The notes under the pieces are model-generated. The model worked only from the letters and a program-made list of their open reading frames with translations. It did no database searches and was not told the origin of the DNA. This document shows positions 28,321 through 41,598 of a stretch of DNA of 64,000 nucleotides, piece by piece (the first letter of the stretch is position 1; each line of letters starts with the position of its first letter). Where the stretch lies: positions 1-64,000 of the forward strand of contig JALMLS010000278.1 of NCBI GenBank assembly GCA_038496445.1. Direction: 5' to 3'. A program made the translations under genes and the position numbers. This stretch comes from Trichosphaerium sp. ATCC 40318. Lineage: Eukaryota; Protista; Tubulinea.

Positions 28321-28701
28321 ATGTCCTCAGACGCTTCAGCAGAAATCAAACAACAACAATCTTCTTGCAGCGATTGCAAAGAATCTTGTAAGTCGTGCAC
28401 CTACAAGACGGACTGTTCTAACTGCACCAACTGTAAAGGCCAAGGTACGTATACGCTCGTTCTACATCAAGAGACATGATCTAGCTTCTCCGCTTGAACC
28501 TTAAGTTTTCAAATGCTAATTTTAGTTCCTAGATAACGCAGATTGTTGTTCAAAAGACGCTGACGGCAAAGCAACGTGCAGCTGCGATTGTTGTAAAAAG
28601 GTACGAAGAGACAAGACCTGTTTTTTTTTTGTTCATAAAATTAACTCCGCGTGTAGTGTGTCTGTGATACATGTGATACAAGCAAGTGCGGATGTAAATA
28701 A
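28321..28701 (+). CDS. Metallothionein (78 aa, 18 Cys), 3 exons
   Basis: Exons 28321-28444, 28533-28600, 28657-28701 give MSSDASAEIKQQQSSCSDCKESCKSCTYKTDCSNCTNCKGQDNADCCSKDADGKATCSCDCCKKCVCDTCDTSKCGCK. CxxC/CxC/CC motifs, Ser/Lys-rich, one aromatic residue. Confidence 0.88.
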
Positions 28702-28898
28702 AGATATACTAAACCCATCTATCGCCATTGTACAAATCTGTAATCAAGAATAAACATTAATTAAACAAATTGTCAGATGTAATCTTTTAGTTAGATGTCT
28801 TTTACTGTGATTCCTACATCGCAACCGAACGTAATGTAGACTGTAAAGAACAACGCCAGAAGGGGGAACAATTCGATACGATTTATTGTTAACAAAGC

Positions 28899-30158
28899 TC
28901 ACTTGGCCCAGTTAATCTCACCTGAGTTTTTCTTCGTATTCCAAGTGACAGATGTTCCTGAAGCGAATTTACGAGTGTAAACATCTCCTTCAACTGTCGC
29001 TGGACCGAGTGGATTTCCAAGAGGCTTTTCAAATTGAGGATCCCATCCATTACAGCCCAGAATACATCCTTCTTCAACCGCAAGTAAGAACATAATTATA
29101 TCTCTTTGAGTACAAATAGACTTTGGTGATGGTGATACATCCGAATGGTGATCCACAATCTAGAATTTTTAGTTCATTTTGATTATACATTAACGTGTCC
29201 TCGTACCATGAAGTATACGTAAATTGCACCACTTTTGAAAGCGTTTTGGACGTTTTCTATAATTGCAGATGGTTCTCCTTTAGCACGTGCCTGGACCGTT
29301 GTATTGAAAAAAATAAAACCTTCCTTTCCGAATAGCTCATAAATACCATCCATCAAGAGTTCCTTTCCTTCGTTGTACGCACTCGCAGTAGCTTCTGGTA
29401 TCTCTCCACATGATAGGTCCCATGTTCTACCATCGTTATGTTCGCACAACTGCCTAAAATTCACGTCAGACGTCATCAAACGTTTGTAAAAAAAAAAGAA
29501 GAAGCAAAAGAAAAGAAGCTGGAAAGTTCAGAAGAAGATTTCACCATGCCAAGACATACCAAATGTTTGAAGACTTGTTGTATTGTGCCCGAATGGTAAC
29601 CTTGTCAGGGAAAACACCATCGACTTTTTTATCAGCCAAAAACTTTAACCACATATCACGTGTCTTTTTCTTCCCTTGATCGAATGCGTTTATGCCAGGC
29701 ATACCGTTGTCATTTTTTATGGCCAACAATTTACCGTCAGTCTTAACGACATCTGCACCAATAGCCAATGCCTGTTCGTGTAAACCTATGAATCCAAAGT
29801 CGTACAACGTGTTTAAATAGAAAACAACACATAATTTTGGGTTAATCGCCCTTGCTGCGTTAATGGTAGCCTCCTGGTATTTCTCGGCACCGCAAGACGC
29901 TTGACAAGGCAGTGGCGGCTTTTTTGTCGCATTGGCAAGACATTCGTCCCAACAAGGACCTTCCCACTTTTCTATCACTATCATACGCATTTTAGCGAGC
30001 ATTTCGAGGCTTTCTTGAGATCTGTGGCTCGAGTTCTGACCACCGAAATAACCAACAGGTATCGTGGATAAAGAAACATCTGGCGGCACTATACACACCA
30101 CGTGGATGGCGAATAAAGCGACAAGTATCCCAGCAATTCGGTTTGTTTGTTGTAACAT
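28899..30158 (-). CDS. Secreted putative glycoside hydrolase, GHL15 (PF14885)/GH168-like
   Basis: Signal peptide; IVIEKW, A.AINP..VVFYLN, DGVFPD, C-terminal FEKPLGNPLGPA..VYTRKFASGTSVTW..GEINW; 2 introns. Confidence 0.78.
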
Positions 30159-30559
30159 TTGTGTTAACTAAGAAAAGTAGTTCGAATTTATTTGATGTAT
30201 TTTGCTGGTTTTAAATGTGATTATTCATACCAATTACCGTCTCAACGCACGTGGTTTACTGGGTTGTATTAAAACTATACAATTAAAACATTATTTAGAG
30301 CTGTACGACGTAAGATGACATTGTACCGCTTTAAAAGACTGACTTGGGTCTACTTCTAAATAAGGAAAGTGACCTGAGGAGAATCCAAATACCAGCAACT
30401 CAAACTAGAATAATAGAATAGAGCTGAGCATAGCATGAATACTTCTTATAACGTGGTTAGTACACATTAGTAATGGTTTACCGAGGAAGATTTCTAAATG
30501 GAGAATCGAAACATAAAATAGTTGACACTTCATCAACTCAAAATCAAAAAACAACAACA

Positions 30560-31329
30560 ATGACAACAGCAAATGATAAACTCGGATGTACTCCAAATCT
30601 CACTTACATTCAACTTGGTAAACTTGGAGGACGTGGTGGTCCAGTCAGGTAGTACAACCTAGTACAACAACCCAACTAAAAACTTGTTTAGATTCTTTAT
30701 GTTATTGAACGGTATCAAGTTTACTGAAGAGATTATTGACTTTCCAGGCGATTGGCCTGAAAAAAAGAAAGAGATAATCAACAGTGGATTAAATCCTTTT
30801 GGCGGTGTTCCAATATTGCACTTGAATGGTAAGGTAACTCTTTCGTGTTTAAACAATCTGAAAAAAATGATGAAGGTCTTAACATGTGCGAACATGTACC
30901 AATGATAAGATACATGGCAAAGAAACTTGGTAAATACGGTGTTGACGATATCAAGGACTATCACACTGACAGGGCTGCATCTGCATACATTTCTTATCGT
31001 GATGCTTGGGTACCTGTTGTGTTGGCAGGAGGAGATAAGAAAAAGTTTGGTGAATATCAAAAAACACAACTCAAAGCATTTGACACCATTTTGGGTCAAA
31101 CTGAGGGTGATTACTTCTCAGGTACAAACATACATTGGTTATTATTCAGTGTTAACGCTCTACTACAGGCAAAGAAGTTTCTTTTGCTGACATCTTGGTT
31201 GCATCAATGATAAGAGATGTGTCTTTGACTGTTCCTGATTCTCTTGACCTCAAACCTGTACCTCGTTTGAGCAAGATGTACAATGCTGTTATTTCTCTTG
31301 ATCCAATCAAGCAATGGATTGACGCCTAA
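30560..31329 (+). CDS. Glutathione S-transferase (Tyr-type, sigma-like)
   Basis: LTYIQLGKLGGRGGPVRFFM..NPFGGVPIL..EHVPMIRYMAKKLG..YFSGKEVSFADIL; 3 introns. Confidence 0.92.
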
Positions 31330-31462
31330 ATGCCTCTCCACAAATAAAGTATCAGATTTCAAATAGACTTGTAAGTTAGATGTACTTATGAAGCGCTTGT
31401 CTGTACTACAAAATTAATAGCATATTTACATGTATGTACATTTTATTGGTCAAGAGAGAGTT

Positions 31463-34400
31463 TTAAGTCAAGTCAATAAAGATTGGCTTTTTCTTCTGTT
31501 TTTTGAAGATTCTCTGGGCTACTGCAGCATTTTTACGGTACGAAAATATCTTTCTCTTCTTTCTTGCTTGGTTATATCGATTATCAACATCAACAACTGG
31601 TTCAAAAGGTTCAAATGGCTCAGCATTTTCGTCAACAATTAACATGGGTTTCAATCTCTTTCCATACTCATTCAATGGCGTAATAGCACTTGTTTTTGAT
31701 GATCTGTGTTCATTGGTATCAGCAATTTCATCAATAAACCTAGATGGATCGTGATACGAGGTCATACCTGAAATCAAAAAGTTAGAATGAAAGTTCTTGT
31801 GGTTTTGTATGAGTGCTACCTCTAAACATGCGTCGTTGAGCATAACTCATGTGTAGTACTGCCTTTGCACGTGTTGCGCCAACAAAGAGCAACCTCTTTT
31901 CTTCTGCTATTTCATCAACTGTTACAGATCTCGAATGAGGTATAGAATCTTCTTCAACAGCTTGATAAAAATAGTTAGCGTCAATCGAATGGAAAAAAGA
32001 TTGTATACCAACTACAAATACAATTGGCCACTCTAATCCCTTTGATGCGTGAAGAGTACATATAGTAAGAGCATCATGACCCTTTTGATCTTTAGCCTCA
32101 TTCGATACAGCATCACCAACCTTAGATCTGTTAATACAAAAGATGCGAATAAAACAAGAAATAAGTACCAGCAACATGTCCTGAATAAATCGAGGGAGTG
32201 GAGCCAAATCATTCGAAAATGCATTAGCTGCAGGCGGATCCCATGATTGTACCATGTCACTTTTACCATCTCGTTGATAATTCTCACTTGCTGTAACATT
32301 CAAAAGTTCCTGAACATTCTCCCATCGCGATTCCCATGTTTCACTGTATTGTTTTGTTTGTTGTAAATACTCTCGGTACTTAATCTTCTCTAACAACTGA
32401 GCTAGCAATTCATCTAAGCTTATAACATCAACCATATCTCTCTATCAAACCGTTAAACAAGGTTAGACGTTGAAAAAAAGCGTACAAGCTCTTCAATAGT
32501 TTGAACAAATGATAGAAATCCATTGCTTCGCTTTAACCCAGCAACAGGCATACCGGAATTCAACATCTAAGGAACGGCTTGTTAATAATCGTTCTCTTCT
32601 GAAATCTTATTTATTACCTTGAGGGCTTCATATGGGGTAACTTTAAGAAGCTTTGAAGCATTATATAGACTATCAAGTGTCTTTGCTCCTATTTTTCTTC
32701 TTGGGACATTAATGATTCTATTCAATGCCAACAAGTCATTAGTGTCGTTGATTACCCTCATATACGCTTCAACAAAAGTTAGAAAAGTGTATCACACGTG
32801 AGATGAATAAAATGCTACACGTGTTTTTTTGGAACGTACCTATGATGTCTTTGACTTCCATTCTATCGTAGAATTTTCTTGCACCAACAACACGATAAGG
32901 AACATGTCGTTTAGTACACTCACTTTCCAAAAGTCGAGTCATGCTATTTACACGGACAAGTATAGCGAAATTATTCAAGCATAAGCCTGGATAGTTTTTT
33001 CGGTACTTATCAACAGATTTAATCACCCAACTTGCTTCTTTGAGATCTGAAGATAACTCTTTCTAAAAAACCCAAGTTAACAACCAAGTAGCTCAGGTAA
33101 ATAAGTGTTAAAAGGTCTAGCTATTGGCTGCCTTAAAGCCAATATTTCCTACAATTAACTTGACGTACAATAACAACAGGAGGACCTTGATCGTTGTCTG
33201 TCCATAAATTCTTTTCAGAATCTTGTTGAAACTAGAATACATAAGTACCAACATGTTACTTATTTAGAAACTTACGTTCTTAGCAACAGCTAAAATATGC
33301 TTTGTAGAGCGATAATTTTGATCCAAATAAATCTTGAGAGTCTCAGGAAAGTCTTTAAGGAACAGTAACAAATTTTCTGAGGTGGGTGTCAAGTTAGTAT
33401 GAAAAATGTTACGTGGTCATTTTAGTACTGTAGGTTGCATAGCGCCAACTAAATATAGCTTGATCTGGATCACCAACAATAGTGACATTACGCTACAGGA
33501 AGGTAAGAATGCGCATTTAATAGATATAAGAGGTGAGGTACATGGACTGATGCGAGTAGTTTGACAATAGAATATTGTAGGTGATTGGTGTCTTGAAACT
33601 AAAAAAAGTTAAGTTTCTTGCAATGACTCCAACATACCTCGTCAACTAAGATGTGCTTGAACCTATTACTATAATAATGACAAGTTCTAGGCTCACTCTC
33701 GAGTAGTTCCAAACATTTAAGAAGTATATCTGTAAAGTCTACATAGCTATGTGTTTCACAGTAGTTAACATAACCAGCAAATATTTTTTGAATTTGCTAA
33801 CATAAACCAAATTAGAAAACATTCCCTTTGTTATACCTTTACGTACAACAGCATCAAGATCAGTATTATATGCTCTAGAGTAATTACTAGGAGATATTCT
33901 AGAGTTCTTAGCTTTGTTAATCTGAGACATAACGCGGTTGATACCGGAAGCCTTAAAATAAAAAAGTTATCTCAAAAGTTTCTGATACTGCTTAACGAAT
34001 AATGTTGTATGTGCGTTTAAGTCGTGATGGTCATTCCAAGGAAAAGAGTGGGTATGCGTACGGAAGTATCAAATCCTATATCTAATTCTTTGATAACTCC
34101 TTTTATAATTGAACGTTGTTCAGAAGTATCTGCAACTTTAATATTTTTCAAACCAATCTTACTTCCGTTTCTCATCAACACACGCATACAGAAGCTATGA
34201 AAAGTGCCTATTACGATCTTGGATGCTACTGATACGCCCTACCACAAGTAAACAATCATACCTCGCTGATAGAACCGATAAAAACGCAAAAAGTTTAAAG
34301 TCTCACCAAGATACACTTTACTCGTTCCTTCAACTCTGCTGTTGCTTTTCTTGTGAAAGTCACACCTAGAATACGCCAAGGAGCAACGTTGGGTTGACCA

Positions 34401-34705
34401 CGAATAAGGTAAGCGATTTTATGCGCTTTGAGTTGTTAGTCAATATATGGAATTCGCCTGGGACGAACCTATTACCTTAAAAGATGTATTAGAGCGCAAT
34501 TTGTACAACTTACAACGATGAAGAATGAATAATGGCGTACTCGTGTTTTCCCACTTCCAGGCCCAGAAATAACTGCCAGAGGACCATCATTATGCTTGAC
34601 AGCCTCTTGTTGGCGTTCGTTGAGCGATTCGAGGCATTTCGTCTTAAAAAAGAATCTATCATTTGCTACACGATTCCATAGTGTGGATACCTTATTTTGA
34701 CGCAT
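31463..34705 (-). CDS. UvrD/PcrA-family SF1 DNA helicase (Srs2-like)
   Basis: LNERQQEAV..SGPGSGKT, GTFHSFC, LVDEFQDTN, VGDPDQAI, QNYRST, TLHASKGLEW, EEKRLLFVGATRA. Confidence 0.93.
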
Positions 34706-35097
34706 TAGGAGCGCTGTGTATGTGATTGATTTCAATTTCACGTACTTTTTTCACAACTGTGAGCTGTTTATGGTCCAAATGAACAAATACGCGTAGAAAA
34801 AGCTCTGAGTAACGTCAGTTATGTTTGTGTAAATATTTAACACAAAGTGTACCATTTGGCAAACAAAAAGGTGAATTCTCGTCCATGAGTGGTTGTAGGC
34901 GTTCTACAGTGGGAATCTATTGAATTGGACTTAATAACTTCTCACTTAGTGACACGTTTTTCAATCAAAAAATCGCTCAAAATTCTATCAAGTATCGATC
35001 TTTTTTTTTGGACTACTGATTGAACTGTACAACAAGTAGAAGCTACTTAACTTTTATGTATGAAATGTATTGTGAAGGTACATTGTTATTTCGGTTA

Positions 35098-35301
35098 TTA
35101 ACCAATATTTGGTGCATAAGCTACCTTACCAGCAGCGTTTACATTAATCCTAACGCGGTCAGTACGATAATCGTCGGTAGTCGCCATATCCGGTGTAATG
35201 ATCTCAATGACGGTTATATCTGGCCTGTCTTTAGCTACAGCTTCTTTTGCTTCAGCGCCATCCTTTCCAACTAACTCTGGCCACTCGCTCTTATTGCTCA
35301 T
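35098..35301 (-). CDS. Potato inhibitor I family (I13) serine protease inhibitor
   Basis: KSEWPELVG..A...DRP..ATTDDYRTDRVRI.VN..GKV..P.IG. Confidence 0.95.
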   Translation of the reverse strand: MSNKSEWPELVGKDGAEAKEAVAKDRPDITVIEIITPDMATTDDYRTDRVRINVNAAGKVAYAPNIG

Positions 35302-35309
35302 TTGTTCTA

Positions 35310-36990
35310 TTACAAGTAAGTTCTGGTACTAATATCGTTAACGTACAGTACTCTGTATCTCAGTTTTTCAAGATAGCATTTTCGTCGCACAGTCAAGCAT
35401 GGTAAAGCAGCGAGAATTATTCCACGCCAGTAAATCCAAGTTGCGATGCTTGTATAGTATGACAACATACTGTTGTACTGTTGCAGTTGCCAACAGTGAA
35501 TCTGAATAAGTATGGTACAAAGCTTTATTTCTTTCGGGCTGTATTTCACTTTAAATATTCTCTGGAATCACTCCAAGAATCAAGTCACGCAAACCACTTC
35601 TCTCAATAGTATTCTTTACATGTACTAACTCCTAAACACGGTTAAAAAATCACGTGAGCGGCACGTGCGAAGAACAAAAAAAAACGTACAAGAGTCAAAG
35701 GTTCCACAAATTTAAAGTACTTCTTACGCAACCGGCGTAGTTTTCCAGGACTTATTTCGCCAGCTTTTGCTCGCCAATCATAGATTTTAAGAATATAAGG
35801 TGAAAATATTGTTGAAAAAGTCAAGTATCTTTCCAAAGCTGTTGCATTCGTTCTACGTTTGTTTATACTATTCATTGTATCCAAAAGTACTGTTCGTTGT
35901 GTTTCTGTTGGCTTCATACCAATATCTGGGAGTAGAGAGCACATACAAGACGAGAGATTGCCGTCATCGTTCATTAGAACTTGAAATTCAATTAATATAT
36001 AATCTGCCTTCTTTGGCTTAAATTTCCGCCTCTTGAATTTTGCTACATCTCCAAATTCCTTTGCAAGCTTGTATAGATATGAGTTACCTAAATAATGGAT
36101 GAGAAATTAATTCAACTTATAACAACAACGTACTCAATATAACTTGTTCAAAGAATCCAAAGGTCGTTCCCCAACTATCCCAAATCTTGTCACTATTGAG
36201 CGCTGGCCCATACTCCTCTATTGGATATATATGATGGCTAGTGGCCTCTGACAACATGCCTACATTACATTAGACACATTGGCGTATGATAAAGATCACC
36301 AAGTACCTGCACAGTCCATTTTTGCCAAAATTCTGGCTTGCTACAATAACAATTACTTTTAGGAAGTATGAACATTTTTTAAAAGCGTACACGGTATTCA
36401 TCCGGACTTCCATGCTCCTTGTAAAATGATTTAATCTCGCCAAAAGCGATTTGAAGGGTTATCAAGTTTGACGTTACTAACGAAAATTCCTAAACCGCGT
36501 AGTCAGTAACACATGAATGTGCTCACGCGAAAGCAAACACCAAAACCGTTTTTCATAAAAATTATTGTTCTATTTAAAATTAAAACGAACCTCGAATGAA
36601 TCTTTGAGCTCCTTGCGCGTCTCTATTCGCAGAATCTCCTTGTGAATCACTGATACGTTTGATTTTGATATTTTAGACTGCAACCAATCTTCAAATGACT
36701 CAAAGTCTCTATAAACGCGTTTTAGGAGCAATTTAGATAGCAAACAGCCTCTAGTAGCTCACGTACAATGCTGACGCTTTGTGAGGGTAAGACTCCATCA
36801 TTTCAACTAGATCATGTCTAAAACCCAACCCTGGTACTGATTGTGATCGTTTTCTGAAGGCCATTGGACTCTTTTTAGCTTTCTTCCTCTTTTTACCTTT
36901 CTTATCTCTCTTCCTTCGAATTGACGTTACGACATCATCATAAATGTCTTCAAACGTGAGTGATCTGTTATTTTGGTGAGGAGACGCCAT
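35310..36990 (-). CDS. Hypothetical multi-exon protein; 3' end approximate
   Basis: Exon-like ORFs with GT-AG edges (36751-36990, 35642-35974 and others); basic N-terminus; no family recognised. Confidence 0.55.
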
Positions 36991-37668
36991 TTCTGCTTTC
37001 TACTTGTTGGTAATATGATTTTTTATTCGTTTGGTGAAACGGGATTTTAGCAAACACGACATTGCGCAAAAAAAAAAACTTATGAGGAAATTCGTGTTTT
37101 TCGTGTCGTTCAATGACTGTGAACTGACTCAAGGCAAGATGTCATGAGAGCATAGATAGCGCGACTGCTGTTATAATACTGGGTACCATTCAATCATTTT
37201 TATCCTTATTACGGTGCAATATTTATCGGCCTTTTCCTGATACAAAGTTAGAAAAAGTGAAATTACTTACTTCCGCTGTATCTAGTTCGTCTGTAGATGT
37301 GAGTCGGTTATTGGTTAGAACGAACCATGTACGTTAACCAAACCATTCAAATACTGCATGTTTTCACACGTGCTCGGAAAAGGCGTAGATGCTATACCCT
37401 TTGATGTAACGTCATAGTGTTTACCATTTACTCCGCTTTTACGACATATGCATTTACTGCGCCGACAAGAAACACCAAACAGGAGGCACAGTGTACACTA
37501 ACGGTAGTGACAGAATGCAAACTATCAAATTGCTTGCTGTCAACTAGCGGGGAAAGCACGTTTGGGAATGTGACATGTAGGGCCATTTAAATAATAGAAT
37601 CACAGAAATTTCATTCAAAAACCTCCGCTAAAGCCCACCATTGAAGCGACGCGCAGTACGGAGCTAAA

Positions 37669-39177
37669 ATGACATCAAAACCAATACGCAGTAGACCTCG
37701 TGCTTCTTACGACCATGGAATAGCCCCAAGAAGATCTAGTAGAGACAGAGCTGTACTATCTTCATCTCGCACCCGCAGTGCCTCTTCTTCTCACTTGCGC
37801 AAAAATAACGACTCTTTGGCCCTGAAAAAGATTTCAAGGTATGTATTTATACTAAGCTACATCTTTACGACAATCTATAAAATATTTTAAGGATTACCCA
37901 CGTGATAAGAGTCGGAACGCCTCAAGAGATTTTTCTCTTTTTTTTTTTTTCAAACAAAATGGATTTCTGTTTTACCTTCTTTATTATCACGTGGGGATGC
38001 TTTCCAATTAATTATTTCCCGAAAACGTTCTTTATGGCTCGTTTTTTGGGAGGATTTGATTTTTACTGATATAACCAGTACTCCTCAGGCCCAATTTTTA
38101 GTTTACAAGTACTATTTCTCGAAAAAAATTATAAAGATGCTTTTTGGCGAAGTTCTTTGCGACTTTGACACCCTGAGATTTTGAAATCTCGCGTTATGGT
38201 TTCATGTAAATACTAACCAAGCAATAGTACACCAAGTGACAGCTCACATGACGCAAAAAAGAAGAAAAGATCAAAGTTTTCTCTTTCAAAACCGAAGAGC
38301 AAGAACAGTGAAAGCAACCAGCGTAAATCAGCACCAGAGCCTTTCCTGACAGCTAAAAAAAGGTAAACTCGGTGAAATTAAATCCTTCGGTTCCTTCGCC
38401 GAACAGAATACCCTCGAACTTTCTGACACTATTTTTAAAGGAAAAACAACGGAGAACCAACATTTCAAATGGTTTGGAAGCGTCCAGAGCTTATGGTTAA
38501 ATTCCGGTTGTACCTTCAAAGAAAACATTGTGCTGAGAACTTGAAGTTTCTCATTGAAGTCCGTACGTACTATACACTATTAATGAACACCAATGTTTGT
38601 TTATCACGTGTTTTTCTCCAGCGGAGAAAGTTCACCCTTTTCAAAAAACGTAAGTCTCATAATTTCACAAAACTTATGGATTTAGATTACTTCCAATGTA
38701 TAAGACAAACCAAAGAAAAAGGAGAAAAAGCGAAGGAAATATTTAATAAATTCTTCAAGCTCTCCGGATCTCATCTTTTAAATATAGACGCAGATATAAG
38801 AAATGTACGTGTAAACATATCTTTTTTTGTTCGTACATTGCGTGATATGTATCACGTGACTTGCCGATACAAGGACATTTGTTCTTTTTTTTTTTGGTTT
38901 GTTGCTATTTTTTACGTTTTATTTCTTATGGCTTACACTGTTTTTCTAGCGCGTTGAGGAATGTATAAACACGAAAAAGTATCATAAACTATTCAGTGGA
39001 GCTTATGTTCATATCGAAAGTATGCTCGTACATGGACAGTGGCCTGACTTCTTGCTATCAGACTTATATAAAGAAGCCCGTAGGAAACCCATAAAACCCC
39101 ATAAAATACAACACAAAAAATCAGACACTCTGATAGTGTACAAGAAGCTTTTTCTAATGGACGAGCATGCAGTTTAA
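37669..39177 (+). CDS. Regulator of G-protein signalling (RGS) domain protein
   Basis: FRLYLQRKHCAENLKFLIEV..AKEIFNKFF..LNIDADIR..LFSGAYVHIESML..QWPDFLLSDLY; Ser/Arg-rich N-terminus. Confidence 0.88.
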
Positions 39178-39977
39178 GTATACTATTCGAAACTAATTTC
39201 TGATACGTGTGGGTAACGCTCAGCCCGATTTTTGCAGTTGTACATAAGCACAAAACAAAATAATGTTACAATACTTTAAATAAAAGAATAAATTTCCTAT
39301 GTCACGCTTGTTTAAATAATAAAAATACTGCATAGTCCATGTTCCGGGGCATGCTGCGCAGTCATTTATAAACATACGACGCCAAATAAGACATGCAAAA
39401 AAGTGGAATTCTTACGTGACGACAGTTTTGGGCGTATTGGGATCTAGAGACCACGTGCGTTTGTGCCAGGTCCTCAGTTTGTTTATTTATAGTTTTACAC
39501 TCAGTTCACAGTACTGTGTTTTTTGCGTATACCCTTCACCTGGCTATGTTAGCTCATGTTGGCTCCGCTCCAAGAAAACTAATAAGGTTTTGGCGCGTAG
39601 AGTTCAAACGGCTTACTGAACACATGTTTTAATTTTCCCAAACCTTCAAAACGTTGATGCGAATTGTGATCTGTTTTTATGCAGACTGCTGCGCCTTTTG
39701 TAACTAGTTGTGATGGTAATGCCCTACAAAGACTAGTTTTGGCAACTCACCACTAATACAAAGCTAAAAACACCTACATAGAAAAATACTTGGTTGGATA
39801 GAATCTAAGATATCCAAGTTTAAATACAGAACGAATTTCAAAACATGCAACAAGCGGAGCACGGTAGAGCCTACCAAGCCTTCTTTTATGCTACCAAAAA
39901 GTACGTCAACACATATTCACTTATAGCTGTAATTGTAACTTTTCCGTACATATAGTATTTTTAAAAATAAAGGTCGA

Positions 39978-40310
39978 GGACACGTGATAATTTCAAAAGT
40001 GGCACTTTTGTAGAGGGAATTCCACCAGGTCCAATTGGCGAACCAAGGGTTGAAGTTACTTTTTACGTAGACAGTTTGTCAAACCCTTTTATGATACTCT
40101 GATTGGCTTATGTTTGGTTTTAGTGAATGGTGCTAGCTATATTTTTACAGAAGATATCATAAGAAAGGTAGAAGAGGCGGAAGAAAACAAAGTGGCTGAT
40201 GAAAAGATAAAAGCAAACACAAGAACAAAGTTCTCAAACTTAAGAGTGCTGCCAAATCAAAACTATTTTTTGGAGATAGTGGCAATGTGTAGATAACTAC
40301 AAGCTCTAAG
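39978..40310 (+). pseudogene. Decayed 3' fragment of the BiP-like Hsp70 gene (inverted copy of ~25530-25957, intron included)
   Basis: GIPPGPIGEPRVEVTFYVD, an intron remnant, EDIIRKVEEAEENKVADEKIKANTR; internal deletions. Confidence 0.9.
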
Positions 40311-40383
40311 AAGCCAAGAGTTTTAATTTAACACCTACTTGTGAACAATAAATTGTCATACTCTGTTAGCAATGTAGTGACAT

Positions 40384-41163
40384 TTAGGCGTCAATCCATT
40401 GCTTGATTGGATCAAGAGAAATAACAGCATTGTACATCTTGCTCAAACGAGGTACAGGTTTGAGGTCGAGAGAATCAGGAACAGTCAAAGACACGTCTCT
40501 TATCATTGATGCAACCAAGACGTCAGCAAAAGAAACTTCTTTGCCTGTAGTAGAGCGTTAACACTGAACAATAACCAATGTATGTTGTACCTGAGAAGTA
40601 ATCACCCTCAGTTTGACCCAAAATAGTGTCAAATGCTTTGAGTTGTGTTTTTTGATATTCACCAAACTTTTGCTTATCTCCTCCTGCCAACACAACAGGT
40701 ACCCAAGCATCACGATAAGAAATGTATGCAGATGCAGCCCTATCAGTGTGATAGTCCTTGATATCGTCAACACCATATTTACCAAGTTTCTTTGCCATGT
40801 ATCTTATCATTGGTACATGTTCACACATGTTAAGACCTCATCATTTTCTTAGATTGTTTAAACACGAAAGAGTTATCCTTACCATTCAAGTGCAATATTG
40901 GAACACCGCCAAAAGGATTTAATCCACTGTTGATTATCTCTTTCTTTTTTTCAGGCCAATCGCCTGGAAAGTCAATAATCTCTTCAGTAAACTTGATACC
41001 GTTCAATAACATGAAGAATCTAAACAGATTTTTAGCTTGAGTCGTTGTACTTATTCAAGATTAGGTTGTACTACCTGACTGGACCACCACGTCCTCCAAG
41101 TTTACCAAGTTGAATGTAAGTGAGCTTTGGAGTACATCCGAGTTTATCATTTGCTGTTGTCAT
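40384..41163 (-). CDS. Glutathione S-transferase, second copy
   Basis: Near-identical protein to 30560-31329 with the same intron positions. Confidence 0.92.
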
Positions 41164-41598
41164 TGTTGTTGTTTTTGATTTTGATTTGTGATGAAACAAG
41201 CAACAATTAAGATTTGATTCTCCATTTAGAAATCATTCCTCGGTAAACCACTAATGTGTACTAACCATATTAAGAATATTCGTGCTATGCTCAGCTCTAT
41301 TTTTATTATTCTAGTTTGAGTTGCTGGTATTTGGATTCTCCTCGGGTCACTTTCCTTATTTAGAAGTATACCCACGTGATTTTTAAACCGGTAAGATGTC
41401 ATGTTACGTGTAAAATAAGCCTATTGTGACGTACAGCTCTAAATGGTGCTTCAATTATCGCGTTTTAATACAACCCAGGTAAAAGAGCACGTATTTTTTG
41501 TACGACAGTGGTCTGAATAGCCATAATACACAGCTTTTATTTGCTGGTTTTAAGTATCGTCCCTTCAAAGTAAGTTCTCTAGTTCTTAGTTAACACAA

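Larger units (their letters stand above)
28100..31332 (+). repeat. Left arm of ~3.3 kb inverted duplication (MT, GHL15, GST)
   Basis: Reverse complement of 40381-43710. Coding exons and the MT promoter are highly similar; intergenic spacers have diverged. Confidence 0.95.

Noticed and set aside
31463-34705. UvrD helicase as bacterial contamination or a Helitron
   Set aside because: It is intron-rich, lacks a Rep/HUH domain, and fits an ordinary eukaryotic Srs2-like gene.
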